Source of the DNA: an uncultured bacterium
GTDB lineage: Bacteria; Babelota; Babeliae; Babelales; RVW-14
Length of the DNA: 64,000 bases
Direction: 5' to 3'
Assembly (NCBI GenBank): GCA_963759805.1
Contig: CAVXAT010000001.1
Location: 96,001 to 160,000 of the forward strand
Shown: positions 38,505 through 48,522 of the stretch, one piece after another
How the letters are laid out: each line of letters begins with the position of its first letter
Position numbering within the stretch: the first letter of the stretch is position 1
Notes under the pieces: model-generated
Database searches by the model: none
The model's input: only the letters and a program-made list of their open reading frames with translations
Told to the model about the DNA's origin: nothing
Position numbers and translations under genes: made by a program

Positions 38505-40067
38505 ATGAAATTTTTTTCCATCGCAGGACCGGTAAATCCGGAAGACCATTATTGCCTGCCATTGTCAACGCGATTAGACGAAAATGAACTGCGCACTCTT
38601 ATCGAACAAAAAAAATACTTCATTCTGCATGCTCCACGGCAAACGGGCAAAACATCCACAATGCTTAATTTTGCAAAAACTTTAAATGCAGAGGGTATAT
38701 ACACAGCATTGTATGTCAACGTTGAAGGAGCACAAGCCGCACGTGCCGATTACATTAAGGGAATGGCAACAATCTTGGAGCAATTTTTTACTCGCATAAA
38801 AGAACAGCTCCCCAATGAACAACACATTATTTCCTACCTTGCGCAACTTCTTCAGAAGGGAATGTTTACAGGTTCCAGCTTAAACAGCATGCTAAATGAG
38901 TTTTCGAAAAGCGCCTCAAAGCCACTCGTTCTTTTTATTGACGAAATAGATTCGCTGGTTGGTGATACACTCATTTCTGTTTTAAGACAGTTGCGATCCG
39001 GGTATGACCAACGTCCCAAAGGCTTCCCTCAATCTGTTTGTCTGATAGGAGTACGTGATGTTCGCGATTATCGCATTTGGTCAGACGAGCAACAAGCAAT
39101 GGTGCTAGGTGGTAGCGCATTTAATATTAAGTCTGAATCTCTACGTCTTAACGATTTCACCAAAGATGAGGTACGGGCGCTTTACCAGCAACATACACAA
39201 GCAACCGGTCAAAAATTTGACGACGATGCCATCGATTATGCATTTGATCTTACTCAAGGGCAGCCATGGCTTGTTAATGCACTTGCATATGAAGCCTGCT
39301 TTCGCGATTGCCCTGATAGGTCAGTAACTATAACCAAAGACATTATCGAGCGAGCTAAAGAGGTACTCATCAAGCGCCGTGATACCCACATTGACGCACT
39401 CATCGATAAACTCCAAGAACCGTGCTTACGTAATATCGTTGATGCAATAATTACCGGGATTGACACTTCGCGTGACTTTCCCTCCGACGACATTCAATAT
39501 GCATTGGATCTTGGGCTTGTTGCTCGCCGCGAAAATAATCTGGTCATTGCCAACCCAATTTACCAAGAGGTTCTACCACGTGCGCTTACCTATTCAACGC
39601 AACTTACCATGCCGCAGCAACAGCTTTGGTATGTCAATCCGGATGGCTCACTCGACATGCATAAAATGCTTGCAGCATTCACCCAATTTTATCGAGAAAA
39701 TTCTGCAATTTGGCTTGAAAAATTTGCCTACAAAGAATCCGGGCCTCATCTTCTTATCATGGCATTCTTGCAACGTATTATTAATGGCGGGGGTAAGATT
39801 CACCGGGAGTATGCTTTAGGTACTGATCGAGTTGATCTTCTGATTACGTGGAAAACACAACGCATTGTTGTTGAGCTTAAAGTTTGGCATAGCAAAACAA
39901 AAACGCTTATCAGAGGGCTTGAACAAACTGCTGGGTACATGGACACCTCTAACGCGACGGAAGGGCATCTGGTCATTTTTGATAAACGGGAAAAGAGCTG
40001 GGAAGAAAAGATTTATACCAGGCAAGAAAAGGTTGAAGATAAAACTATCACCGTTTGGGGATTGTAG
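38505..40067 (+). CDS. AAA-like ATPase with C-terminal PD-(D/E)XK nuclease-like domain
   Basis: HAPRQTGKTS, LFIDEID, GQPWLVNAL, REYALGTDRVDL...VVELK. Confidence 0.88.
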   Translation: MKFFSIAGPVNPEDHYCLPLSTRLDENELRTLIEQKKYFILHAPRQTGKTSTMLNFAKTLNAEGIYTALYVNVEGAQAARADYIKGMATILEQFFTRIKEQLPNEQHIISYLAQLLQKGMFTGSSLNSMLNEFSKSASKPLVLFIDEIDSLVGDTLISVLRQLRSGYDQRPKGFPQSVCLIGVRDVRDYRIWSDEQQAMVLGGSAFNIKSESLRLNDFTKDEVRALYQQHTQATGQKFDDDAIDYAFDLTQGQPWLVNALAYEACFRDCPDRSVTITKDIIERAKEVLIKRRDTHIDALIDKLQEPCLRNIVDAIITGIDTSRDFPSDDIQYALDLGLVARRENNLVIANPIYQEVLPRALTYSTQLTMPQQQLWYVNPDGSLDMHKMLAAFTQFYRENSAIWLEKFAYKESGPHLLIMAFLQRIINGGGKIHREYALGTDRVDLLITWKTQRIVVELKVWHSKTKTLIRGLEQTAGYMDTSNATEGHLVIFDKREKSWEEKIYTRQEKVEDKTITVWGL

Positions 40068-40106
40068 CAGGGGTTTTACCTCAACATTCGTTAGTTTCAA
40101 TATTTT

Positions 40107-40910
40107 CTAGCGCAATGGCCACCAGTTCGCATTATAAACACAATCTGGAAGAAAATCCAAAAACAGAGCAATCAGTTGCCAACGTTTTGTAATGTAAGCC
40201 TTTTTCTTTTTGGCTTTGATAGCATCATAAATTTGTTGGGCAGCCTTTTGTGTTGTTGCCACCCAGTAAGCACCAGGAATCTTGTGCACATCTACAGCTT
40301 CTATCTCAACCCATCCGGGAATAATATCTGTAACGTAAATTGGAATATTTTTTTGAATCATTTTATTTCTCACCCCTTCAAGATATCTTGAAATAAAAGC
40401 CTTTGCTCCGCTGTAAACAGGGCAGCTTGCATCGCCACGTAGACCGCTTGTGGAAGAGATTCCGACTAGATGCCCCGATTTTTGTTTTTCAAAAAAGGAT
40501 AGTGCAGCGTCAGCCATTATCCAAAAACCGATCAGATCAACAGCGATAGTTTTTTTATCTGCCTCAAAACTATTTTTGCTTTCAATATTATCATTTGCTG
40601 CACTTATACTGATAACAATTAAATCAAGCCCGCCCATTTCCCCAATTAATTCAGATAACTTTTGGATTGCAGCTTCTGTTTGCGTTACATCTATCTGTTT
40701 GATATAAGATTTTGTTGGAATTTCTGCGCTCAATGATTCAAGCAGATTTAATCTGCGACCGACAAGTCCAACATCGTAGTCTTTGGCCAATATTTTCGCA
40801 ACCTGCCTTCCCATTCCGGATGTCGCACCGACAATAATAGCCTTATCTCTTGTATAAATATTTGTGAAAAATAGACAAAATACAGACAAAATTAATCGAC
40901 GATAGCTCAT
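40107..40910 (-). CDS. Short-chain dehydrogenase/reductase
   Basis: GATSGMG cofactor motif, YSGAK catalytic motif. Confidence 0.9.
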   Translation of the reverse strand: MSYRRLILSVFCLFFTNIYTRDKAIIVGATSGMGRQVAKILAKDYDVGLVGRRLNLLESLSAEIPTKSYIKQIDVTQTEAAIQKLSELIGEMGGLDLIVISISAANDNIESKNSFEADKKTIAVDLIGFWIMADAALSFFEKQKSGHLVGISSTSGLRGDASCPVYSGAKAFISRYLEGVRNKMIQKNIPIYVTDIIPGWVEIEAVDVHKIPGAYWVATTQKAAQQIYDAIKAKKKKAYITKRWQLIALFLDFLPDCVYNANWWPLR

Positions 40911-40932
40911 CCCAAGTCCCCCCTTGATTTTT

Positions 40933-42120
40933 TTATTTTTCAATTAAGACCGCAAGGTCTTTTACATCGCGCCACCCAACAACATGCCCAGCACTTGACT
41001 GGTATGGTTCTTTGTCTCCGCCATATACAAGAAATCCTTGAGCGGGATCTCTTTTTGCAAGCTCTGCCCATGCCTTTATTCCATCGAAGAAGCCTGGGCT
41101 CACCGTTTGCCCAGATTTAATTTCTATGGGTATCAGCTTTACTCCGCGATCTACTATGCAATCTACCTCGAGCCGTCCATTTTGATCACGCCAAAAATAC
41201 AACGGTGATCGTCTACCCATGTTGGCATACTGTTTGTAAAGGTCCGCTATTACCATATTTTCAAATAGGTTACCTCGCAAGGGATGAGATTCAAGTGTTT
41301 CTGGAGAAAAAATTTTCAAGAGTGAACTAGCAAGTCCTGTATCAAGAAAATAAAGCTTTGGTGTTCTAATAAGACGTCTGTTAAAGTTTTTATAGAAAGG
41401 CTGTAAAAGCATTATGATGTAGGTTGCTTCAAGTACCGAAATCCATTTTTTAACCTGTGCAAGCGTGATGCCACAGTCATTACTTAATGTTTGATAATCC
41501 AGAATTTGACCAACACGGCCAGCGCATAACCCAAGGAATCTTTGAAATGTGTTGATATCGCCAACATTTTGAAGTTGTCGTACATCGCGTTCAACGTATG
41601 TCTGCATATATGATGAATAAAAGTCGGCTACATCAATATTTTGCTCATATAATCGTGGATATCCACCGCGGACGATAACTTCATCACAATTTTGAGCAAG
41701 CCTATCTACATTTTGTAGTTCTTTAAATGACAGCGTAAAAAGATCTACAATTCCAACTCGCCCCGCAAGTGATTGCGTAATTTTTTCATTCATCAAAAAG
41801 TTTTGCGAGCCGGTCAAAATAAAATAACCTTGACGTTTTTTCTCATCGATCTCAAGCTGTAGGTAAGAAAGCAGATGAGGAACATACTGAAATTCATCTA
41901 TAATAATTCCATGTTCGTTTTCATATTTTTTGAGAAATCCGCGAGGGTCATCGGTTGCGAAAAAACGTTCATGATAATCTTCAAAAGAAACGTAGCGATG
42001 TTGTGAAAAGACTTTCTTGGCGATAGTTGTCTTTCCAGATTGCCGGGGGCCGAGCAAGGCTACAGCAGGAAATTGTGCAAAACGCAAAAGTACTTCTTCT
42101 AAATCACGCTTTATATACAT
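40933..42120 (-). CDS. AAA_14 ATPase + DUF4143 protein
   Basis: GPRQSGKTT, IIDEFQ, LTGSQN, SLAGR, PKLYFLDTG, EVD...IEIKS. Confidence 0.92.
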   Translation of the reverse strand: MYIKRDLEEVLLRFAQFPAVALLGPRQSGKTTIAKKVFSQHRYVSFEDYHERFFATDDPRGFLKKYENEHGIIIDEFQYVPHLLSYLQLEIDEKKRQGYFILTGSQNFLMNEKITQSLAGRVGIVDLFTLSFKELQNVDRLAQNCDEVIVRGGYPRLYEQNIDVADFYSSYMQTYVERDVRQLQNVGDINTFQRFLGLCAGRVGQILDYQTLSNDCGITLAQVKKWISVLEATYIIMLLQPFYKNFNRRLIRTPKLYFLDTGLASSLLKIFSPETLESHPLRGNLFENMVIADLYKQYANMGRRSPLYFWRDQNGRLEVDCIVDRGVKLIPIEIKSGQTVSPGFFDGIKAWAELAKRDPAQGFLVYGGDKEPYQSSAGHVVGWRDVKDLAVLIEK

Positions 42121-42225
42121 AAAAATCCCCTTTTTGTGCTAAAATTGATATTGAATTCAATTTAGCACAGATAGCATCAGAAAGCAACTTATCAATACCT
42201 TTCACAATCGATTCCATTCTCGTTT

Positions 42226-43773
42226 TTAATCAATCCTTTCAGCAAGCTGATTCAGTCCTCTTTGATGTTTAATTAATTTTGTAACTTTACCTTTTTCGTT
42301 TTTTATAAAAGATATTTGGATATCAGCAACGGTATAGAAAAATGTTGTTTCCGATTCTGGATAAATTGGATATTGAGGTCCATCTGCTATCTGAGTGTAA
42401 AGTGTGTTGCCGTTTTTTGTTATCGCAAAAACAACATCACCAAACCGATATTGACCGACATACATGTCCAAAAGCTTTGGCTTAATTTCTTTTTTGATGT
42501 GTTGAGGGTGATTGTCCGGAATATAAAAATCAAAATCTTCCTGCCCAGGATCATGCCGTACTAGTGAAGAAAACTCTGCTTTTTGCTCTTTCAAATGTCG
42601 ATTAAAAAAAGTTAAGATGCACCCCCGTATAGCATCAAGCTTTTCTGGTAAAGATAAGACCTCGGTCGAATTAAGCTTATTCAAATCAACATCTGACCCA
42701 AAAATTTTTACAAAAAAATCATTTAATATCGGGTCATCCGAAAAGGTCAAGTGCGTTGCGCCATGCACAATAATTCGAATGGTGTCTTTTCCGTTTGACC
42801 GACAAAATCGTTCGGTCGAACCATTAAAAGTTTCTTTCGTTACCCCTACTGCACGTAATGAATCTTTCTGACAATCAAGGACCCCAATCATGTCTTCATA
42901 AAAATTTGGCGATTGTATAAACATGAATGGTTTGTGAAAAGGCTTTGTTGAATTGATTCCCCACAACGTCCCATCTAAGTTTATACCTGCTTTAACACGC
43001 GCATCACGCCTGCATACTTGGGCCGTTATCATCCCGCCAAGTGAATGCCCAATCATGCCAATATTGTCAAAATCACAAACGGGTGTTAGTGGCCCAAAAT
43101 CTCCTGCTATCGCTCGATCAAGCATAAACACAACATCAGCAAAACATTCTTCGATCACTTCGCTAACTTTTGTTTCTCTTGTTGGAGTAACCTTGCGGCC
43201 ATCGGCAAATCGTATTAAGGATGTTACTCCCGTATGCATAACCATGGCAACAACATACCCTTGGCTTGCAATATCTTCGCAAAAAAATGAGTAGGAACCA
43301 CGTGGAGCACTGTTGCCATGAGCAAAAATAACAACTGGATATGGTGCGTGCTGAATACATGCAGGTGCCTCATGAATAGCATGTGTGCGAATGCCATCGA
43401 GCAATCGCATTTTTTCTGCACCAACTCCCTGTTTGGCAAAAGCCCTTTTGTTTGTTTCAAGCGCTTCGTAGGCATACGGCGCTGTTGCATCGGCTGGTTT
43501 TCCTTGGCCCGGGCTTGCCCTTCGAAGCTTTAGCGTAGAAGGGTACCACACCTGTACTACAAGCTCGCGAGGTTTGCTTGTTTCAGGATCATTGCGCGTA
43601 GGATCAGTTAGCTCAAAAAGTTTTGTGCCGACAGCATAGCAGCCTGTTGGTTGTGGAAAAATAAATTCTGGCATTGATTGACCTTTCTTCATATGGTATA
43701 AGTACCAACCGAACAAACAGACTAAAAGCAACAAAAGCAAAAGCACACGCTTAAGATTTTTTTTAATATTCAT
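42226..43773 (-). CDS. Alpha/beta hydrolase (PAF-acetylhydrolase-like) fused to DUF3471-type C-terminal domain
   Basis: PTGCYAVG, VQVWYP, VIFAHG, GHSLGG nucleophile elbow, HLTFSD; LDMYVGQY...PESETTFF tail. Confidence 0.85.
   Translation of the reverse strand: MNIKKNLKRVLLLLLLLVCLFGWYLYHMKKGQSMPEFIFPQPTGCYAVGTKLFELTDPTRNDPETSKPRELVVQVWYPSTLKLRRASPGQGKPADATAPYAYEALETNKRAFAKQGVGAEKMRLLDGIRTHAIHEAPACIQHAPYPVVIFAHGNSAPRGSYSFFCEDIASQGYVVAMVMHTGVTSLIRFADGRKVTPTRETKVSEVIEECFADVVFMLDRAIAGDFGPLTPVCDFDNIGMIGHSLGGMITAQVCRRDARVKAGINLDGTLWGINSTKPFHKPFMFIQSPNFYEDMIGVLDCQKDSLRAVGVTKETFNGSTERFCRSNGKDTIRIIVHGATHLTFSDDPILNDFFVKIFGSDVDLNKLNSTEVLSLPEKLDAIRGCILTFFNRHLKEQKAEFSSLVRHDPGQEDFDFYIPDNHPQHIKKEIKPKLLDMYVGQYRFGDVVFAITKNGNTLYTQIADGPQYPIYPESETTFFYTVADIQISFIKNEKGKVTKLIKHQRGLNQLAERID
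43511..43543 (-). repeat. 30-bp palindromic unit inserted in frame in the hydrolase gene
   Basis: CCCTTCTACGCTAAAGCTTCGAAGGGCAAGCCC (minus strand) encodes PSTLKLRRAS; CCC at both ends. Confidence 0.7.
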
Positions 43774-43791
43774 GAACGTTACTCAAAAGTA

Positions 43792-44556
43792 TCAGCATGG
43801 TTTTTGTGCCCTAACATGCAATGAATATCCAGTAATCACAAGGTCCCCAGGAGCTTTTTTAGCAGTTTGAGTAACATCAGACACAAATTCTTGTGCCCTG
43901 GCTTCGGTCAAACCTGTTGCATGCGGAACCCATCCCATCAACCAATCACAAAATTCTTTCTGATTTTTATAAACACTTTCATGTGCCTTTGTTTGAGCAT
44001 CAATGTTTACAAAGCCGCATTGCTCCAACAATGGTCTGATTGTTTCAGGGCTTTGGCCTTGAAAATAAGCCTTACGAATTTCATTGCACCATTTTGTTTG
44101 TTCCATAACATTGAATAGTGGAGGTTTACTTGATGAGATCATCTTGATATAGAGGGTTCCGCCGGATTTTAGTGCAGCATAGATATTTTTAAGAGCCTTG
44201 AGTTGATCATCAATCCAGTGGAAGGTATCAAAACTTATTGCTCGATCAAATTTATTTTTGACATCAAATTTGGTAGCGTCAATACATTCAAACGATACAT
44301 TGGGGATATCGCAAAAAGATTTTTGAGCCTCATTGATCATGTTTGCGGAGATATCGATACCAAGGACTTTGCCCTTGGGAACACTCTTTGCTATCTCAAC
44401 GGTAAGTCGCCCATCACCGCATCCAATATCAAGAACGGTTTCGTCTTCTTTGAATTGCATAGCATTAAGAACGTCCATTCCTGTTCGAAATTGCTTGCCT
44501 GAGTGGCTTTTATAATACTCTGCATTCCATCGATCAGTATTTTTTAGATCTTTCAT
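43792..44556 (-). CDS. Class I SAM-dependent methyltransferase (Tam-like)
   Basis: VLDIGCGDG, GIDISANMI, FHWI, LKSGG. Confidence 0.9.
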   Translation of the reverse strand: MKDLKNTDRWNAEYYKSHSGKQFRTGMDVLNAMQFKEDETVLDIGCGDGRLTVEIAKSVPKGKVLGIDISANMINEAQKSFCDIPNVSFECIDATKFDVKNKFDRAISFDTFHWIDDQLKALKNIYAALKSGGTLYIKMISSSKPPLFNVMEQTKWCNEIRKAYFQGQSPETIRPLLEQCGFVNIDAQTKAHESVYKNQKEFCDWLMGWVPHATGLTEARAQEFVSDVTQTAKKAPGDLVITGYSLHVRAQKPC

Positions 44557-46010
44557 TTACGAGTCCTTTGCGCATTGATTGCGCATTGATTGCGCATTGA
44601 CTTTTGTACCAATGACCACGCCACAAAGCGGCCCCGCCCTGTTCCCTCATGAGTGATTAGTCCAAGCGTTTTAAGTTTAAAAAGTTCAAGCTGAATTGTC
44701 CTTTCAGCAGAGGGCTTTTCCATCTTTTTCATGATTTGCTCCCTGCTAAAGGGGCCATGTTTCAAAATTCCTACGATTTCTTTTTGACGATCAGTTAACC
44801 GAATTGATGGCATACGTGTTAGCGCAATTCTTCGAATTGACTCTCGAAGTGGAAATGTTACCGAAAAGCTTCCCGTTGATTCTTCAAACGTTGGCGGCTT
44901 ATTTCCCGATTGTTTACAAAGCTCAACCATATCAAGCGTTCCACGCCCCCAGCCTTCGATCATTCGACATGCAAACAAAACATTGGCAATAAGTGGATTG
45001 CGTGGAAATGATTTATGTTTTTTGGATAGGTCGCTTAACTTAATGTCTGGTGGTAGCGGTCCAGAGTTTATAATTTCAACACGATCGTCGTAGATTGCTA
45101 TATCAATTGATCCACCTCGCGAACTGTAGTCTCGATGGCAAAATGCATTTATGAGAGCCTCACGCAAAACCCTTGGGGGGATGGATGGGGTGTCAACACG
45201 AAAATGGCTTCCTTCATCAATTTTTCCTGCGATTGGTAAGTAGTTATCCAAGAAAGCTATCGCACTCTCATACAAGTCAAAGATATTGCCTCGTATGGTC
45301 TTGTTATCTGTAAATTCGGTTTTGTCTAAGCCTTTAAATCGCGCAAGCCTAATCAAAGATTGAATAAATTGTTTTCGCTCATTTTTGCAAAACAGGATTA
45401 CCGCGGCATTTGTAAGTTGATTATTAACCATCAAATCAAACTTTTTTAATATCTCATTAACATTAGCATGTATGGCGATATCGGTTAGTCTTCTCTCTGA
45501 AACGGCCATATTCACAATTTGTCGAATACGCTTTTTATCTAGATCGTTAACACCACAATCATTCGTAGTTAAACTTTCCCACGCCACGGAGGATGGGCGT
45601 CTAACGTGAAGCATTTGTTCATAAACATCTTGAGGCATTTTCCTTGTGGTTGATTGGCTACGAATAAATGGACGACCATCATAAACATAGGGCGCTCTGT
45701 TACCAGGTTTGACAATAAAAACAATTACATAGAGGTTGGCCTTAATGGGTACGTAATCAACGCAAACACCTGATTGTGGTTCTATTTTGCTCAGTTCCTG
45801 GGCGATCTCTTTTCTAGTCCCATCAGAAATTACCTGGCCAATAATTTTTTTATCATCTGTAACACCGATTAACACCGTGCCACCAATGTCACTGTTCAAA
45901 AATGCACACACAGTTTGCATTGCCGCAGAAAGCAAACCGGTTGATTTTTTGAATTCGAGTAGCTCAGACTCGCCATGCCGAACAAGAGCCTTTAAATTTT
46001 TAATCTGCAT
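44553..46010 (-). CDS. AlbA_2/Schlafen-like + HATPase_c_4 + HTH protein
   Basis: GESELLEFKKS, CAFLNSDIGGTVLIGV, REALINAFCHRDY, RNPLIA, EGWGRG. Confidence 0.9.
   Translation of the reverse strand: MQIKNLKALVRHGESELLEFKKSTGLLSAAMQTVCAFLNSDIGGTVLIGVTDDKKIIGQVISDGTRKEIAQELSKIEPQSGVCVDYVPIKANLYVIVFIVKPGNRAPYVYDGRPFIRSQSTTRKMPQDVYEQMLHVRRPSSVAWESLTTNDCGVNDLDKKRIRQIVNMAVSERRLTDIAIHANVNEILKKFDLMVNNQLTNAAVILFCKNERKQFIQSLIRLARFKGLDKTEFTDNKTIRGNIFDLYESAIAFLDNYLPIAGKIDEGSHFRVDTPSIPPRVLREALINAFCHRDYSSRGGSIDIAIYDDRVEIINSGPLPPDIKLSDLSKKHKSFPRNPLIANVLFACRMIEGWGRGTLDMVELCKQSGNKPPTFEESTGSFSVTFPLRESIRRIALTRMPSIRLTDRQKEIVGILKHGPFSREQIMKKMEKPSAERTIQLELFKLKTLGLITHEGTGRGRFVAWSLVQKSMRNQCAINAQRTRK
44568..44600. repeat. 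11-bp tandem repeat x3 (TTGCGCATTGA)
   Basis: Three exact copies at the 3' end of the AlbA_2 gene. Confidence 0.9.
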
Positions 46011-46082
46011 TGTTCCCTCTACTCCAGATTTCTCAAGTCATTGAACAAAGTTTGTCCACATAATTTGTAATGACATAGTTTA

Positions 46083-47681
46083 TCATAACTTTTGCAATTC
46101 TATTTTTTCTTCAACACCAATGTTCTGTAAAAACATTGCATCGTGAGATATTGCAATCAATGCCCCTTTATAACTTCGCAATGCTCGTTCAATGCTGGCA
46201 ATACTTTCTAAATCCATATTGTTTGTTGGTTCGTCAAGCAAAATAAGCTGCGGGGGTGTATCACCCATTAAAACACAGGCAAGTGCCGCGCGCATTTTTT
46301 CCCCACCGCTCAGGTTGTCGACAAGTTTAAGGGCACCATCGTGTGCGAAAAGAAATGCGGCCAATCGCAATCTGCAATCGGTCTCTTTTACATTCGGATT
46401 TAAGCGCTTGAAATTTTCAATCACTGTTTGATTAGGGTTCAGGACGCTCAACTCTTGATCCAGATATGCGCTATGTTCTACTCCAACTTTTATGATTCCA
46501 CTTGTAGGAATAAGCTGGCCCATAATTAATTTGAGCAAAGTTGTTTTTCCACTACCGTTTTTTCCAGCGATGGCAATGCGCTTGGGCCCGACAATCGTTA
46601 TATTGAAACCAGTTAGTATCGGAGCGTGTCCTGGGTAAGCAAAACCCAGCTTTGTAATCTCTAAAACTAATTTTGTGTTATGAACGCTTGTTGCCTCGAG
46701 TTCAAAATCAAGCAACTTTTTTTGTTCGAGCTTAGATTTTGCCAAACTTAGTTTTTCTTTGGCTGTATCAATCTGCTTATCTGTTCGAGCCTCAAGTTTG
46801 CTTCTTGTTATTTCGGTGCGACCCTTGTGATAATCTAAAAACGATTTTGGTTGGCTGTGGCTATGGCGAGTTTTGTTTCCCATGCTCACCCGTTGATCAT
46901 AGCGCTCTTTGCTAGTTTGGACAGTTTTTTTAGTTTTACTCAAATGTTTTTGTGCATCAATAAGATCTTGCTCAAGAGCTTCCTGTTCAACTCTTTTTTG
47001 TTCAACATAATCAGCATAATTTCCACCATAAGTTTTAAGTCCCAGTGGTGAAAGTTCAATAATCTGATCCATAAATGATAGCAACTGTCGATCGTGACTG
47101 ACAATCAAAAGACCTCCATCAAAATTTTTTATTGCGTCATACAAAGCCTGTCTTGATTCAGTATCCAGATTATTTGTTGGCTCATCAAGAATCAAAAAGT
47201 TTGGATTGTTTAGCAGCAGATGAGCAAAAAACATGCGCGTAGTTTCGCCCCCGCTCAAACTTTTTATTTTTCTTGATAGGTCTAGATATCCCAAGTTTAC
47301 TTTGCTCAGAGCAAGCTTGGCTTTTTCTGCTGTATCCCAGCCCTCGCCAACGATCTCAAAGTCCTGTTGGTTTGCACTGCCAGAATTAATTCGTTCAAGC
47401 GCTGCAATTTTTTTATCAATACCAAAAACTTGAGCAATAGTTTGATCTTGATTGATCACAAAATTTTGCGGCATGTATCCAATTTTGCAGTTTGTATGGA
47501 CGACACCTGTTTGTGGCGTTAACTCACCAACAATTAACCTTAACAACGTTGTTTTACCAGTGCCGTTACTACCAACAAGCCCGGTTTTTTCATTGCCAAA
47601 GCTTACAAAAAGATTACTGAATAATCTTCTGTCGCCGACAGAGTAAGATAAATTTTCACAAACTAAATTTTGTTTCAACAT
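46083..47681 (-). CDS. ABC-F family ATPase (putative ribosome protection/translation factor)
   Basis: Two ABC domains (GSNGTGKTT/LSGGE/LDEPTNNLD and GKNGSGKTT/LSGGE/LDEPTNNMD), YGGNYADY linker, no TMs. Confidence 0.92.
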   Translation of the reverse strand: MLKQNLVCENLSYSVGDRRLFSNLFVSFGNEKTGLVGSNGTGKTTLLRLIVGELTPQTGVVHTNCKIGYMPQNFVINQDQTIAQVFGIDKKIAALERINSGSANQQDFEIVGEGWDTAEKAKLALSKVNLGYLDLSRKIKSLSGGETTRMFFAHLLLNNPNFLILDEPTNNLDTESRQALYDAIKNFDGGLLIVSHDRQLLSFMDQIIELSPLGLKTYGGNYADYVEQKRVEQEALEQDLIDAQKHLSKTKKTVQTSKERYDQRVSMGNKTRHSHSQPKSFLDYHKGRTEITRSKLEARTDKQIDTAKEKLSLAKSKLEQKKLLDFELEATSVHNTKLVLEITKLGFAYPGHAPILTGFNITIVGPKRIAIAGKNGSGKTTLLKLIMGQLIPTSGIIKVGVEHSAYLDQELSVLNPNQTVIENFKRLNPNVKETDCRLRLAAFLFAHDGALKLVDNLSGGEKMRAALACVLMGDTPPQLILLDEPTNNMDLESIASIERALRSYKGALIAISHDAMFLQNIGVEEKIELQKL

Positions 47682-47730
47682 ATAAATCTCCCGTTTTTAA
47701 GTGGGCCAAGAACGGGCCCATATTTATACC

Positions 47731-48522
47731 CTAAACAAAATCAAGCCGTTTTTTCAATGCTTTAAATGACCAAAAACCGACACCAATAAACATAACTAAT
47801 AAAACCATGCAGCATATCCAGAAATTTATTGAACCTTCTTGGCCAAGTAATGCGGCGCGCATGCCTTCGGACATGTAGATAATTGGGTTAAGCAGCATTA
47901 TGTAAGATAATTTTGGAGCAGTTGAATAAACCGCGTACCATGAAAACGCATACCCACCCAAAAACCACATTGGAAACATGACTCGTGTCCATAAAATATC
48001 AAATTTATCCATAGATGGAATAAGAGCAGATACCAATAATGTTGCTGTTGCACAAAATGCATTGATCAACACAACAAAAAACAGCAGCTTTAGCCACGAA
48101 ATGGCAAATAAATCCAGTCTGTTCCACAAAATCAGCTTTGCCAGTGGTAACGATGCAAAGCTCATGAGGGTTCCGATGGTTGCATAATAAAATATGTGGC
48201 TGCATAAAACAGTTGCCGTATGTGTTGGCAAGGTCAAATAATATGCAATTGTACGGTCGCCTTCCAAATCCGACACAAATGTTACTGCATTTCCATAAAG
48301 CTCAAAAATGCCAACAGAGGCTATTATTCCCCCAAGTTGAAACGGCCCAAAGCTATCTGACGTTCCGAATGCTTGCATTAAATAACCGGATACAAGCATT
48401 GAACATCCTGCCCAAATATAAAAGTTAATGAACTTGTCAAAAAGCACCCGGCGTATGTTTGTAAATTTCAGACGCACAAGCTGTTTGAAAATATCCAGAT
48501 CAATTTGAAATATCATACTCAT
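47731..48522 (-). CDS. ABC-2 type permease
   Basis: Six TMs, LNPIIYMSEGMRAAL. Confidence 0.85.
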   Translation of the reverse strand: MSMIFQIDLDIFKQLVRLKFTNIRRVLFDKFINFYIWAGCSMLVSGYLMQAFGTSDSFGPFQLGGIIASVGIFELYGNAVTFVSDLEGDRTIAYYLTLPTHTATVLCSHIFYYATIGTLMSFASLPLAKLILWNRLDLFAISWLKLLFFVVLINAFCATATLLVSALIPSMDKFDILWTRVMFPMWFLGGYAFSWYAVYSTAPKLSYIMLLNPIIYMSEGMRAALLGQEGSINFWICCMVLLVMFIGVGFWSFKALKKRLDFV

